DNA of 53,513 nucleotides, filler included, from Dimargaris cristalligena (Eukaryota): assembly GCA_003614675.1 (NCBI GenBank). It is 2 parts of 2 records of this genome, joined end to end, with 100 filler letters (N's around TTAATTAATTAA, not from the genome) between each part and the next. Parts side by side here need not be neighbours in the genome. Positions count along the whole stretch, not along the records: positions 1 to 26,799 come from ML002536.1; positions 26,900 to 53,513 come from ML002537.1. The stretch is one strand, 5' to 3'. The notes under the pieces were generated by a model. That model did not search any database. It had not been told where the DNA came from and worked only from the letters and a program-made list of their open reading frames with translations. Below are positions 25,143-38,389 of this stretch, one piece after another. Both the position numbers and the translations under genes were made by a program. The first letter of the stretch is position 1; every line of letters starts with the position of its first letter.

Positions 25143-25599
25143 GCCATTGTACCTAACACTAGTAGCCCGCTTGGCCATGTCCAATGCCCCACTTACTATT
25201 AGAAGCCTACCCCCAAGACTCTTGACGGACTAAGAGTGGTTAACTTGGGCGACAGTATGTTACCCAGCTTGGTGATTTCGGTTTGAAGCCCAATATAAAT
25301 AGAGCAATGCAGACCGAAGGTATTTGTATTTTAACTAAAATGTCAATATATACAATATGGGTATAACCAGCTAGTGTTCACGGCTGATTATGGCACTGGA
25401 TGCCAGGGATGGTTGGATCCCAATCCTTAGGCACCAGGCTTCGATGGCCGAGGTTTTATAGGCACCTTCGGCCAATGGGTGTCATAGTCCCAGCATATTA
25501 CCATGTCAGGACTATCGGTACCAGCTTGATTGATCTGGTTATAATATTTTTGGTACTGCATTTCTGCAGAGATCGGTCGCTCAATAGGGATTTGGCAGT

Positions 25600-26799
25600 T
25601 GGGGGAAAATGTAAATACTATTTTGAAATGGCTTGAGGTAAAAGTAAGGATGATGTAGAGATAATACAGGGGGTGAGCACTTCTACTTGGATTTGCTTTT
25701 TAACTATTCAAAAAAACACCCCATACTTCAGAGAGAAATGGAGCTTGCTTTTATATTCGCAAAATTGAGGCCTTATGCCACCCATGGGGATACCAGAAGT
25801 AGCTTATTCTTGGCGGTTAGGAGGAGTCTTGTGAAGAGGTGTTTGGGTATACATTGGGACATTGACGCCAATCCATTGTTTAACCTAGATTCGGACAGAA
25901 ACACTCGTTGCACCCTTTATCACCATTGAATAAGTCTTCAGGTTGATTATAGGAAGCTTAGTACAAGGGAGTCGGCGGTTAAACCAGCTCTTTGTTGGCT
26001 TGCAAATCAGTAAGCTGCCAATGCACAACTTCACTTCTTTTTTCGGAGGGGGTTTAAAAGGGGAATTTCCAATAGGTTTCTAGTTGGGCCCTGAAATTCA
26101 GTTGTCCCAGCAGCTGGTACCTCCTTTGGTATTCCCTTGATAACACTGCCACTATCTTCCAGGAAACAAGGGCTGGTGGTGGATTAAGAATTGATTCACA
26201 GTAGATTGCTAGTAGCAACCTGGTATATTGTTCCTTCATTGGCCCTATTAGTGATGTAGTACTACACCATGTTAGGCAGGTAGGAAAACACCTTGGATGG
26301 TACAGGACATTTGCATTTTTCATGATTAGATAGCCAGTAGTGTATGGGTGTGTTGTTTTCCTAGATTCAGGATCACTGGTTTCTGGAGGAATGTGTAAAT
26401 ATATCTTCAGATGGCCCATTGTATGACCTGTATTAGGCAATGTTAGTGCAGGCATATTCACAATAGGTATGTACTGTGTTGCCAATGATTTGAGGGACTC
26501 CACTGGCGTGCCTTTGGGAGAGTTGGCAGGAGGGGGAACCTCCAGTTTCTTTCCGCTAGACGGCTTGCCGTATTTTGTCATATAGTGCGGAATGTTGGGC
26601 TTTGCTGGGTTTGGGGGGGTCGAGACTGAGGTGGCCTTGGGGAAGTCGCCGCTGAGTTTCGGGTCATCTATCGCGTCATATGTCGTCATCTCGTGTTGTC
26701 AGTTGTTAAAGTCAAAATAAAAAATAAAAACATTATAAAAAAACGGTGTAATCAATTTCGTACTTGGAGGTACTAAAACTTCGAACTGAATAAATAAAA
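25600..26799 (-). mobile_element. Degraded retroelement-like ORF1/gag relic (211-aa ORF 26054-26689 plus decayed continuation)
   Basis: Pro/Lys/Ser-rich ORF with a T-rich leader at the contig end. No CpG between about 26046 and 26506. A weak knuckle-like remnant (RPQFCEYKSKLHFSLKY) lies near 25720-25775. Confidence 0.4.
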
Positions 26800-26899
26800 N
26801 NNNNNNNNNNNNNNNNNNNNNNNNNNNNNNNNNNNNNNNNNNNTTAATTAATTAANNNNNNNNNNNNNNNNNNNNNNNNNNNNNNNNNNNNNNNNNNNN
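26800..26899. other. Synthetic assembly spacer: N44-TTAATTAATTAA-N44
   Basis: Exactly 100 nt. The palindromic core at 26844-26855 has stop codons in all six frames. Confidence 0.97.
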
Positions 26900-26986
<87 letters not shown>

Positions 26987-27020
26987 GAGTAGTAGTAGTG
27001 GTGGTGGTGGTGGTGGTGGT
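26900..27020. repeat. (TAG)n microsatellite grading into (TGG)n
   Basis: Read directly from the sequence; it abuts the gap. Confidence 0.95.
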
Positions 27021-28570
27021 ATTCCCGTTTCCATGGCTGGCTTATTCCGGATTCGATTGGAACAGAATCTCAGCCCAAGGTGCTTGGGGAAGAGGGAGGG
27101 GGGGTCGTCAGCCAGCTAGCAGCCTGGGTAGATAGGGTCCTCCTCTGCTCTTCACAGACCACTTTATTTAGTTGGCCCACTCACTCCTTCCTCAGTCCAC
27201 CTCTACCCCACAGTGGGTCGTCGATCATGCTTGGCCGCGTGTGTTCCTCCCCCCGCACTGATCCCCTGAGCCCCGTCCACTCCCCCCCCTATGCCGCCGC
27301 CCGGATTCCTACCCCTCCTTAGCCCAGATTCCAACCACTTGAAACCAACGCCGGGCAGTATGGACTGCGTTGTTTCAAAATTCCATTTTACTTGGCGATG
27401 CTTTTTGTTGGCCATGGTGATAGTGGTGGTGGTGCCGTTCCTTCTTCCGCACCTCCCCCCCCAATCTTTCATGGCCAACTATCGACTTCCAATTTCCTAT
27501 CTGTGTTGAATAAAGCCTCCTGGGGGAGATCACCGCCATGAATCGAAGGTGCGGCACGAAGAGGAAGAACGATCGGGAAGTAATCCCCCTCCTTTCATTC
27601 GTAGCTATCCAATGATGCTAGATGCCCCGGGAAAAAGGCTATTCGAATCAACCCATACATTCCCACTTGAAACGACCCCGCCGGATGCTTCTGCCCCAAT
27701 ACGCCGAGCCACCCCCACCCACCACCCGTTGGGTATATGCTGTGATCGGACCAGGGTCGACCCCATTGGCTACGGTGGCTTGGAATTCCAAATCAACACC
27801 CCCCTTGGGGGAATTCTACGTGCCATGTTTATGAATAGTTATTATGAACATAGTAGGAATAATATGGAATAGAATATAATAGAATAGGGCGGGCGTGGGT
27901 GAAAATAAACAACCATGCCCCCAATGCCTGTGAATTATCATTGAGCTATGATGGCTGTGCATTCAATTTAGTAATTAACGGTTCCCGAAAAATATGAGGG
28001 GAACGTGCCCACGACGAAGCAGACTAACCCACGATTCGACGGAGTCTTCCCGACTTATATTTACTGATAAATTGCTTAACCCGTCCATTAGCGGCCTTGT
28101 TTAACTGATATCATCAACCGATTGGTGATATTTCCATACAAACACCAATATCAATAGCATTATATTATATACTTATCAGTGCCATGATATTATATATATT
28201 TACCTTTATCATTATGGGCTATACATTGCCACCCCGCCCCCATTCATGGGGATCGCAATATGTACATTTATGTCCGCAATGTGCCAATATTAAACAGTAA
28301 CCCAAAATGCGCTTGTGGAAGACGCCCGAATTATCCCCTACGTAATTACCCAAGGACAAGGGGTGGGGAAATATCCTTTCGCTGAATGAAAAAAGAAAAG
28401 TAAGAAAACAAGCACTGAAGCCCAGAGGGGGCAGTGCGGGGAGTGGCGGCCCCCCGGTTTTTCCCATTACTCTCTCTCTCTCTCTTTCGGACTGACTGTC
28501 CCCCATTGTTAAGGGAGGGAACTAACTGGTTGGTGGATTAGGGTAGAGTAGGGGGGCAAGGGGTGGTCTC

Positions 28571-28611
28571 CACTATATGCTATATGCTATTATACACTAT
28601 ATGCTATATGC
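28571..28611. repeat. 17-bp direct repeat CACTATATGCTATATGC x2 (28571-28587, 28595-28611)
   Basis: Read directly from the sequence; lies about 35 bp upstream of TATAAAA at 28645. Confidence 0.85.
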
Positions 28612-30631
28612 GCTACTCGGCCTTCTAGAGCTCCCCGGCTTTCTTATAAAAGGAACCGGTTCGCCTCCCCCTTCTCCGATATGCACCTTCGACCATCACC
28701 TCTAAGCTCGTCCGGTTTACCACTCCTTTCCCCACTCTGTGCCCTTCCTTCGATTGTGTACCTCCTTTAGTCTCTCCCTGCTTTTTCTTTCCTTCACTTT
28801 CTTCCCTCCACCTTTCATTCCCCTCTATTGTTGACACTGCGTAGTGTGCAATTACTGCCTCCCAATTGCGCAATCGTGTTGCCGTCGGTATTAACTCTCC
28901 TCTCCCTACGCTTGCCCAAATCATCCATCAACCGATCCTCCCCGTCTCTCCTGCATTCAAAACCCTAAGCCAGGCTATTTATCCGCACCCTGCTGCAGGA
29001 GTGGAGCTGCTTACTTGTCTGTCCTGTTTTTGTCACGTTGACTTTGGTCCTCCTGTCCTTGAATAACTACTACCCCTTTCTCGACCCGTGATTGTAAGTT
29101 TCTCCTCTCTAATCATTCGCCTCTGCTTTCCTTGATCCATCTTCCACTATTGCCGTCATACGGTAACCGCTGCCTTCCCCCCCCCCTCGTTTCCCAATTC
29201 GCTGCGTTTTGGGTATGACCGAGTGAGTCACGCTGGCTAGTGGGTGACCTGGCTTTGTCAACCCCCCCCCAAACGCATACTTTCTCTCTACTGGCATGTT
29301 GATTCCATTCGACCCTCAGTGAGCGTCCACTTTGGGTTTTTGTCAACTTGCGTTTGGCCGGGGAAGTGGGGGGGTGCAATGCACCCCACCTTTCCTCTCA
29401 CCAATCCGTATTTGGTGCCTCGGAGGTGTGGGGGGATCAATTATACCCCCCCACTCTAACCTACCGTATCGGCATTATTTCCACTTGAGCTGGGGGGTCG
29501 TCTATCTGGTCGCCATGTCATTTGGAATAATGAATGAGTGGTCCACCACGGTCGGGGATGCCGCTTTGCCACCCGCATGTCCTGCACTATATGCCCTTGG
29601 TTCTGTGCTGTCCAGGATCAAGGAATTGTTCAGCCACCCGCTCGTCGGGGTTTCCAGTCACACCCTAAACCTCCTCCCCCTACTTATCTCACGTGACTAA
29701 CCCTATGGCTCTTCTCTTTATCTGCCCCATAATACATTATGTATATCAGGTTTCCCTCATCCATCATCCATCATCATTATTGACCAACTGTCATCTCAGT
29801 CGCTCTTGCTCCTCCCCATCATTACCACGTTGAAACCCCGCCAATCTGCCCAACAGTCACCACCGCTACCAACATTGTTCCCTAATATTTTCATTCCCGC
29901 CCTCAAATAGACCGATTGCCTCGCTTGCTTTTCAGTACACCTCTGGTTAAGTACTTCTTGTACACTCCACTGTTGCAGATTGTGCTCACCTGTCCAGCCG
30001 ACCTACCTCCCTTTCCTATAAATATCCCGAAGCAGCCACCCTCCTACACCGGCGATTACTTTGTATTTGACTGCCATTCATTTCATTTCGTTTAGCTTAT
30101 CCTTTCCAGTGCATTTGACTTTGGTTTTCTTCTTTTTGGGTTGATTAATACTTTCCTATTTAACTTTATCCGTTTACTTGCTCAGCTGTGGTTCACCTGT
30201 GTGTTTTGTTCTGCCTCCGCTCGCTTTTGTCTGACCAACTTTGGACCGGTTCCGTTGTATTTTGAGTCTCTCTTTCGTCCCTTCGACCTGACCCTTCTTA
30301 AAAGGCCCCCCTTTGCCCTACCCCTGTTGTATAATTTCTTCGCTTTCACCCCCTCCCCCTCACTCTCAGTACCAAGTGTCTCGCTCTAGCTTTGCCTTGC
30401 CTTGTATTGCTCTAGCTCATTCAACTCCGCCGTGCTACTATTTCATTGGAGCTCTAGTTTCATTTTATCCTGACCAGCCTCACCCGCCTGTTTCTTCGCT
30501 GCTCCGTACCCTTTTCCCTGTCTTTTTTTTTTTTTCACTTTCCCGCCCTTCTTTCCCCCAGTTCGCGCACGGCGTGCCCCTCCTATTCCTCCTCCCTCCC
30601 CTCTACCCTATCCCGCTTTACGTACCTATCC

Positions 30632-32284
30632 ATGTCGACCGCTTCCGTACCGTGCCCCTCGGCTGACCTCCAGCTCAGCACTGTCTATCCGATGGGTTGG
30701 CAGAATTCCCCCTGCGGCTATTGCCACCAGAAGGAAAGCACCAACCGCTGGTATACCGCCCACGCCAGCCAGCTATCCGCCCGCGACTACCAGGACCTGG
30801 TCAACCACAACTGGCGCCGGTCCGGTCACCTACTCTATCGTCGTGACATGCTGCGCTCCTGCTGCCCCACCTTCACCATTCGCCTGAACACCCATTTGTT
30901 CCGCCCCTCCCGCACCAACCGTAAAACCGTCAACAAAGTCAACCGCTATCTGCGCTGCCCACCCGAAGCCGCTCCGGGGGACGTCCCGCTTACCAAGCCC
31001 CAGCGGTCCACCGTACTCCCGCAGTCCCTTCCGCCCCGTCGCCAGCGCACCGCAGACCCCAATAACATGTACATGCGCAAGTATGTCGATTTTGGGGACT
31101 GTGTCATGGATGGCAGCAACCAGGAGTCCAACCCCGATATTCTCCAGCGACTGACGGTCGTGACCCAACCGGCCAAGTTCGAGGAGGAAGCCTACGATGT
31201 GTTTTTGCGCTACCAGAAGAGTGTCCATAGCGATGATGTTGGGAAATGGAACAAGGACACCTACACCAATTTCCTGTGCCAGTCGCCCATTCAGTTCGAA
31301 TCATTCGACGGAACCACCCCGTTTCCGGATGAACTCTCCGGTCTAGACCAGTATGGTCTGAGCGACAACGAGGGGTCCGTGGGCCTCGATGATCCGTGTG
31401 CTAGCCCCTTGAGCCGGAGTCTTAATTCGCTCTCATCCTCGTCCACCGTGACCTCGCCGATTTGCTCCACCAAGAGCGACGCCGATTACGCCAAAATCAC
31501 GGCCTACGGGTCCTATCACCAAAAGTACTACCTCAACTCCACCCTGATCGCGGTGGGGGTGATTGACATCCTACCCCTGTCCGTCTCCTCCGTGTACTTG
31601 TTCTACGAACCTAAATTCGCCTTCCTGGGATTGGGCCGCTATTGCGCCGTCCGGGAGGCCATCTTTGCCAAGCGGCTGCAGGCTGCCCATCCCCACCTTC
31701 TCCGCGAACTCAATTACTACAATATGGGCTACTACATTCACTCCTGCCCCAAAATGAACTACAAGGGGGATTACCGCCCATCGGAACTCCTGGACCCCGT
31801 TACCTACGAGTGGCATTCGTTGGCCAGTGTCTTGCCTATCCTCAACGACCAGCAGCACACGTCATTCAGCGCCCACCCGAGCACCCGGGCCGCCCAACTC
31901 CATAGTCTGGCCCCCAGCATGACCCCTTGGTACCAGAGGCTGAACAGCGCCTCGGCTGGCCGCCAGCCCATCACACGCTCCATGGCCCAGGCGCTTCAGC
32001 TCCCGCCTCTGGGCTTCCTGTTGCCCAGTGAAATGCCGGCTGAGGTCTGGGATGGACTCATGGTGGAGGTCGACCACCGGAGCTTCCCCGCAGGCTTGGT
32101 TCGGGCTCGCCTTCCGTGGTCCCGTGCTCCCTTGGATGAGTTCTACTCCTCAATCGGCCACAAATTGGCCGCTCGGATGAAGATATCGCTGAACCTTACT
32201 CCGAGTTACCGGGCGCTGTATGAAGCCAGTGTGATTGAGGACGATGTCATGTCACAGGAGAGCGACGGCAGTGATCTCTTGTAA
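30632..32284 (+). CDS. ATE1: Arginyl-tRNA--protein transferase (N-degron pathway), 550 aa
   Basis: CGYC, WRRSG and SCCP motifs; GSYHQKYYLNSTLIAVGVIDILP..VSSVYLFY; YYNMGYYIHSCPKMNYKGDYRPSELLDP. Confidence 0.95.
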   Translation: MSTASVPCPSADLQLSTVYPMGWQNSPCGYCHQKESTNRWYTAHASQLSARDYQDLVNHNWRRSGHLLYRRDMLRSCCPTFTIRLNTHLFRPSRTNRKTVNKVNRYLRCPPEAAPGDVPLTKPQRSTVLPQSLPPRRQRTADPNNMYMRKYVDFGDCVMDGSNQESNPDILQRLTVVTQPAKFEEEAYDVFLRYQKSVHSDDVGKWNKDTYTNFLCQSPIQFESFDGTTPFPDELSGLDQYGLSDNEGSVGLDDPCASPLSRSLNSLSSSSTVTSPICSTKSDADYAKITAYGSYHQKYYLNSTLIAVGVIDILPLSVSSVYLFYEPKFAFLGLGRYCAVREAIFAKRLQAAHPHLLRELNYYNMGYYIHSCPKMNYKGDYRPSELLDPVTYEWHSLASVLPILNDQQHTSFSAHPSTRAAQLHSLAPSMTPWYQRLNSASAGRQPITRSMAQALQLPPLGFLLPSEMPAEVWDGLMVEVDHRSFPAGLVRARLPWSRAPLDEFYSSIGHKLAARMKISLNLTPSYRALYEASVIEDDVMSQESDGSDLL

Positions 32285-33676
32285 ATGACGGTAGCCCCCG
32301 CTTGAGCTCATGGCGGAGCCCCAAATTGTTAGACAGCATGTGGTCTCCATGACATTAATAATGCTAGTGCTGTAGGAGAGGTAGCAGTGGCTACGATAGC
32401 ACTTGTCATGGTATAATATCTATATATTTTATTTTTACAATGGTCTCTTTATACGTTCTTAATATTTACCCCAGTTTTCCAATCATGTATAGTTAGTTTT
32501 CCAGCATTTTTTACATATGATATAGTAGTGGCTCTTTCTTTCTCAGCCTGCATTGGTTGCAATTGGTGCCCTTGGGTGGTGGGAAAGGCGTGACCGTTGC
32601 TTATTTACAACCCGGGCCTACGGAAACTGCCCCTTGGACTCGTTGAATTATATGGTATTCGATTAAAAATCAATCACTAAACCAACCAATTATATATATG
32701 CTTATATTGATATTTATAAATATTAGAGGTAGGCAGCATCGGTTATGTGTAATGTGGGAGTAGTATGACTATGGGTTTCTGCTGAGCGGGTCGAACATCC
32801 TCATCAATGAGAACGGCGACAGCGGTCACCGGTCAACTTATACCAAAGAAAGCAATTGGATTCCCCTTATGGAGTTGATTCTCTTTCCTCATCGCATATC
32901 AATAATAATAATATATTTGCCCATCATGAGATTACTAGGTTTCACACGAGGGTTCATTTAACCATAAGTGAGATCCTGCTCAGTGGGTATGGTTGGCCTT
33001 CACGATATCCTCAGATCGACTAAAGGAAGGAAGGTGGGAAAGTCCCCCGCTCTGTCCCCATACCCAACCTCCCAAAGGGCTACTCGATGTCAGCCTATCC
33101 GCTTTATAGTGTATCCATCCAAGGGGGCCTGCATTCGTGGTGTTCTGTTGGTTCCAGTTTTCCCTGACCTTTCCTGTCCCATTCCCTTACCGCACCGTGC
33201 TGTACTTTACCTTGCCTTGCCTGAGAAGCCCCCCTCCTCCTCCCCTTCTCCTCGTTTTCCTGATCAAACATTGGTATTTGCCAATATTATTACCATATTC
33301 CAATTAGTATTCCGGATTGCAGGGCGCCCTTCGCGGATCTCTATTCCTTAGCTCAGTAGACCCCAATGGACCACACGCAGACCCGTTAGCCGGGGATTGA
33401 TGATCAAAATACCGATTTATGTTAAATATACGCCGGTTAATTAAGGTAAAGGCGTCGGAAGAGAGGGGGGCGAAAGGCGCGTATCGCGGCGGTGGCGGCA
33501 GCGGGGTTTTTCTTTTACTTTTATTTTTCTATTGACTTATGGTTTATATATATATATATATATACATTTAATTCTAAAAACCAGTGTAATCAAGGCATTG
33601 GACTAACCCATGCCACAGCGCGGGGTTTTGCGCAGCCATCATAACCCATTGGTCACTTATAGGTATATGTATATAG

Positions 33677-33734
<58 letters not shown>
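33677..33734. repeat. Compound (AT)n(AG)n microsatellite
   Basis: Read directly from the sequence. Confidence 0.92.
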
Positions 33735-33735
<1 letters not shown>

Positions 33736-35340
33736 AATAATCCGGTGATCCCTCGCTTGGAACCCCCCTTTATGTGGGTAGATTAAACCCGTCCCATGGC
33801 CATTATCAGGCCATTCCGGCCCAGCAAAAGAGGTGAAAGGGGGGTGGGGTGGGCATGGTACGCCTTGCAGGCTAGTGTCGGGGTATAACAATAAACGAAC
33901 GGGCCCGGTTCTTACCTGTTGTTCCCCTGGGAGGGAGAGAAGAAGTGTGACATTACGGTTGAATCCCATTTGGCACGGTTATACAGGCATAAGTTGAAGG
34001 CGGAATTTCTAGCTTTGGGATTCACTGCAATATCATCCCTTTCTCGCCCCATCTTCCTCCTCGTACTCGTCCTCCTGCTCTTCCTTTCCCCTCCCACATG
34101 TTCATGTGCCGCGTGGATTCTTCCACCTGACGTTTTTTTTTCTTTTGCCATTATGTTACGGTATCAGTAGTGTTTGGGATTCACCTCTCCTTTAGGCTGG
34201 GTACGGTCCTGTTGGAAGAAAGATTAGGCCAGGCTTGGTACAATGGCATTAATACGTAGATTGATTTATCATCCATATAATAGGTTTTGAAGGCCTTCTT
34301 AGCGGGTGGACAGCACATCTGTACCACACAGTCTATTTTGATATATAGATATGGATGGTGCATTAGATTATTTAACTGCCTTGGCCATTGCCTAATAGCT
34401 TGATCCATTATTTGGGTTATGGAGGTAGTTTTCTAATTGCTGAAATGCGGGTCTATTTTCGGATGGACGATGGGCGATCGGGTGATAGATGCCCGAGCGA
34501 CATTGCAGGATAGCTGGGGTGATCAATGGGGTGGTATGGCACCATCCCTTTCATTTTGCGAAGGAAGAGGAGTGGGGGGGGGGGATTTCCACCACTTGGT
34601 TTTTTAAAATAAAATTCAAAAAAGGCGTCCTAACCAAGGTTGGACCCTCTAATATAATAAACTACCCAAGAATTTACAAGGCGTGGCTCCATCTGAACAA
34701 AATAGATTAGTAAAGGGATTCCTAGGATGGCCTTATTCTAAAAATACTTTAAAATCTAGGCTAATCATCAGCCCCAAGTATTCATAGACTGTTGGTCTCA
34801 ATTGCGTATTATTGATTAGAGTGGATCACGAGTGAGGGAAGGTCACATGTTTAGTCAATTTCCGAATACCGGCTGTATCCTTAGAGGTACAGATAATAAA
34901 GGAACCCCGAAGCAGGAGGCAACGGAGATTACAGAGAATAAAGGGGGGTTAGTCAGCAAGTCCAAGGAGGGTGTGAATGGCCCAAAACCCAGCAATTGGT
35001 CATTAATGAGAAAGAGAAAGGTGTACACATGCTAAAGGGTATTTACCATGTATAGGAAAAAGTGAGTTTGGGGCTTGGATAGTAATGGTGATGGGAATAT
35101 CATAATACACCTTATATCGGTCGGTCTAAATTAGGGCCAATCGTCTCTAACAATGGCGTCGTCAGCTCAGAGTTAATTGTCAAGTAGAAGTTGAAGGCGC
35201 GGGTGTCAGACTAATTGGGAAAGGGGGGAGTGGGTTCACAGTAGTCGTTGAAAGAATATCTCGGGCACACATCGGCTTCCATCTAAATGGAGGGGGGAGA
35301 CGTGTCCATCGCCTGTTCGTTCATTGCTGGAAAATGAGAA

Positions 35341-35372
<32 letters not shown>

Positions 35373-36465
35373 AGAGGGGGATCGAATAGCAGCGTCCATG
35401 GCCTATGGACATTGATATATAATATTGTCCTTATTATGTTTTTGGAAAAAATGATTCAATTTTCGGAGTTTCCATTTCCAACTTTGGGAGGATTGGATGC
35501 TTGATTATTAGGCCAGCGATTCTTCCCAGGCCGGGCCACCCCCTCCATCATTATATATACTTCATTGGTACGATTTCGTCATGGATCTTCCCCCTCCGTT
35601 CTCTAATTTGCCATTCGTGGTACTGTACCGTAAGGTCTGCTAATAAGCATCCGGGTGGTCTGGGTGACACCATGCGAAATATAGAAAGCCGAATGGGAGA
35701 AGAGGGCACCATATACCATAATATCCGTCGGTAGGGGCTTGAAAGTGCGGTGTTTCGTCATGTGCCCGCCCAAAATTTACAAAAAAATAAATAAAACAAA
35801 ACACAACACAACACAACACAGCAACAACATTCAAGCCCCCCTCCTTCCTGTCTCTCCATAAATATTATTTTGGTCTTTGAACAAGGAGTGCCTGTTCGTG
35901 AGTTTTTGGCCTGTGATGAGATACAACGAGCTTCGTGTGGCAATTCGGCCAATACTGTGTTATTTTTTGTTGTTTTGAACAGTAGTCCCTTTATCCATAT
36001 AGGGTGACAGAGAAGATATATAAGGGCAACCTTAACCAAAGTTGAACAGGCTTGGCAGATGGGCTGAGGTGGTCAGTGCAGAGGGCAAGGTGAAATTAAA
36101 ATAAAAGGGGCGGGGGTGTTTATGATTTGGCATCTGAGGGAAGGGGGAAAGTGCGTGCGAATAGGTCGACGAGGGGTGGGTAAACAACTCGTCGGGTCCT
36201 GTGAATTGTGGTAAATAAACTTAGGTTTATATAAACGTAGCGAAATTGGAAATACAAGAATGGAGAGGGGGAGGGATGACATGGGGTGTAAAAGTAAAAG
36301 ATAAGTAGAGCGGTGGCAATATTGTGTGGACAGAGTCATGAAGCAGAATGTGATAGACTAGGGATATACATCCGTAATAGGGGACGAAAAGTAACGAAGG
36401 AGCTAGTAAGGGTCTTGGGATGTGTAGGAAGGTCACGATCAAAATGAATCGAATCGAATTTCGAA

Positions 36466-38389
36466 CTAATTATCCTCCTCGGCGGCCGGTTCTTCGGTTT
36501 GGGGTGTGGTGGTTTTATTCGCTTCCGGACGGGTACCGCTGGGATCCGACAGCGACTGAACTGGGAAGGGCGTGGTAGGCTTGGGATGGTCGGCGTAAGT
36601 TTCGTCGTGGTCGATGGTTTGGCCGTCGGGTTTGCGGTAAATGGTGATTTCCTGCTGCTTAAAGTACCGGCGGTTTTCTTCGTCAATCAGGACTAGGTTG
36701 AGGTAGTAGCGCGTAGAGAACTTCTTGTTGACATCGCGGTAGGTGGGTGTAAGCTCAAACCCGCCAAGGAATAGCCGGATGGGGATGGTCTCGCCTAGTG
36801 GGTTTTACACATAGGGGTTTAAGTGGGGTTATCGAGAGCGACGGGTATGACAAATAAGTAAGAGGAGTTAATGACATAATCAAATTAAGGGGGGAAATGC
36901 ACGAATGGCCGGTTCAATTATGAAAAGGAATATTAAAGAGTGGCCAGTTGGGGCCTTATACTGCAATGGCTATACCATATCCTTATAAACAAGTGGGGGG
37001 GGGGTCAACTTACCTCGAACGGGGGCACCGTCCATAATCTCGAATTTGGTGATCGTTTCGCTTTCATTATACTGATTGGGTGCGGCACCGGTAGTTTCCC
37101 GTCTAATAATCGACAGTTCCATGTGTTTGATTTTAATGCGGACCAGCAAAAAGTAGATTTTGCCTACAATGACATCTTTCAGGCTGTATTTGGACTTATT
37201 GTATTCGAATTCGATGTGGAGGCAGTCTTCGATACCCACCTCCATTTTGATGGAGTTGTTGATTTCGGGGGGCATGCGGTACGAATACACCCAGAGGTCG
37301 CGCTCTTTCATGAGATCGCCGAAGCGACGCGATATGGTGGCCCGGATATAGTACCGTAGCTTCACGTTGATGCCGTGGTAGCTTTCGAATTGTTTTTCGA
37401 CGTTTTTGAATTCAAAATCATAGGTGGCGTTCTGGCGCATTTCACCGGGAACCGCCAGCTCCTGGACCAGGGAGGTGAACTCGTAGCGGTTACCGCGGTC
37501 GTAGAAAAGCTCTATGGGTGGGCGCAGGGACAGTTGGGATGGGGGTAAGCATGGTGTATGCGGCATTAGAGGCGGTCATTAGGACGTGCCGTCAACTAAT
37601 TAATCCAAGAGACCAGGGAACTGCATTCGGAATAGAGGGGTGCCTAGTTTGGATATGACTTACCAATTGATCCGACAAACTCGACTTTGATGCCGTTATG
37701 TTCGAGTTTTCGACCGTCCTTGACCCGAACAATTACCTACATCCGGATGTAGAGGTGAATGGCGGAGGATAATAGTTAGTATTCGAGGTTTTTTTTTTAA
37801 TGGAGATGACCTAATTTCGGGGGGATTATAGGGCACCTCTGACTCGATCTAATGATTTGATTGAGGGTAAGGGCGAGGTGGGTGGGGCGGAATGCTAGCT
37901 TGTTTAAGCGCCAAGCGAGAGTGAGTCGACTTACTTTACCGGCTACGGTTTCCCCGTCGTAATAGAGGGGCATTTTCTCCCGACGCTCCTTGTCGACGCG
38001 CACGTCCACGAGCTGGCGCTCATTCTGGTTGTTGAAAAGAATCTGGATTTCGGCAGGGGTGCCGAAACCGAATAAACTCTGGAAGGCCAGGAAAGTGGGT
38101 ATATGCAAATGGAAGACGGTGGGGGGGGGGTTAGTTAGGAGGGTTGCTGGATGCGAAGATGGTGGTGAAAGTCACAGGGGCGCCAGTAGTATATGCCGTC
38201 CGTTGCATAAGGGTCAAACTTCATGGACCGGATGTAAGGTGGTTTTCCCTTCCGGTAGATGACGACGGTAGGGTGAAGGGGAGCTTGACGGAATGGGCCA
38301 GTCGCCGAATGAGGTCAGTCCTGTCCTTCCCTTCCCTTCGACGGCTTGGGCGGGAACAAATGTTGAGGCTTACTTACAGCGACAGACAT
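36466..38389 (-). CDS. VPS26: Retromer subunit Vps26/Pep8; exons 38378-38389, 37935-38078, 37664-37736, 37014-37511, 36466-36794 (~351 aa)
   Basis: [99 protein letters not shown]. All four GT-AG introns are phase-consistent. Confidence 0.96.

Noticed and set aside
26844..26855. TTAATTAATTAA palindrome as a biological site
   Set aside because: Synthetic linker between N runs.
26900..27020. Telomere or CRISPR interpretation of the (TAG)n tract and its polyLeu/polyVal ORFs
   Set aside because: Simple trinucleotide microsatellite, with no spacers and no telomere motif.
33345..33420. TAGCTCAGT tRNA A-box-like string
   Set aside because: No B-box (GTTCGA) and no cloverleaf.
33574..34408. Short ORFs between ATE1 and VPS26
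   Set aside because: Low-complexity or microsatellite-derived, with no motifs and no consistent splice path.
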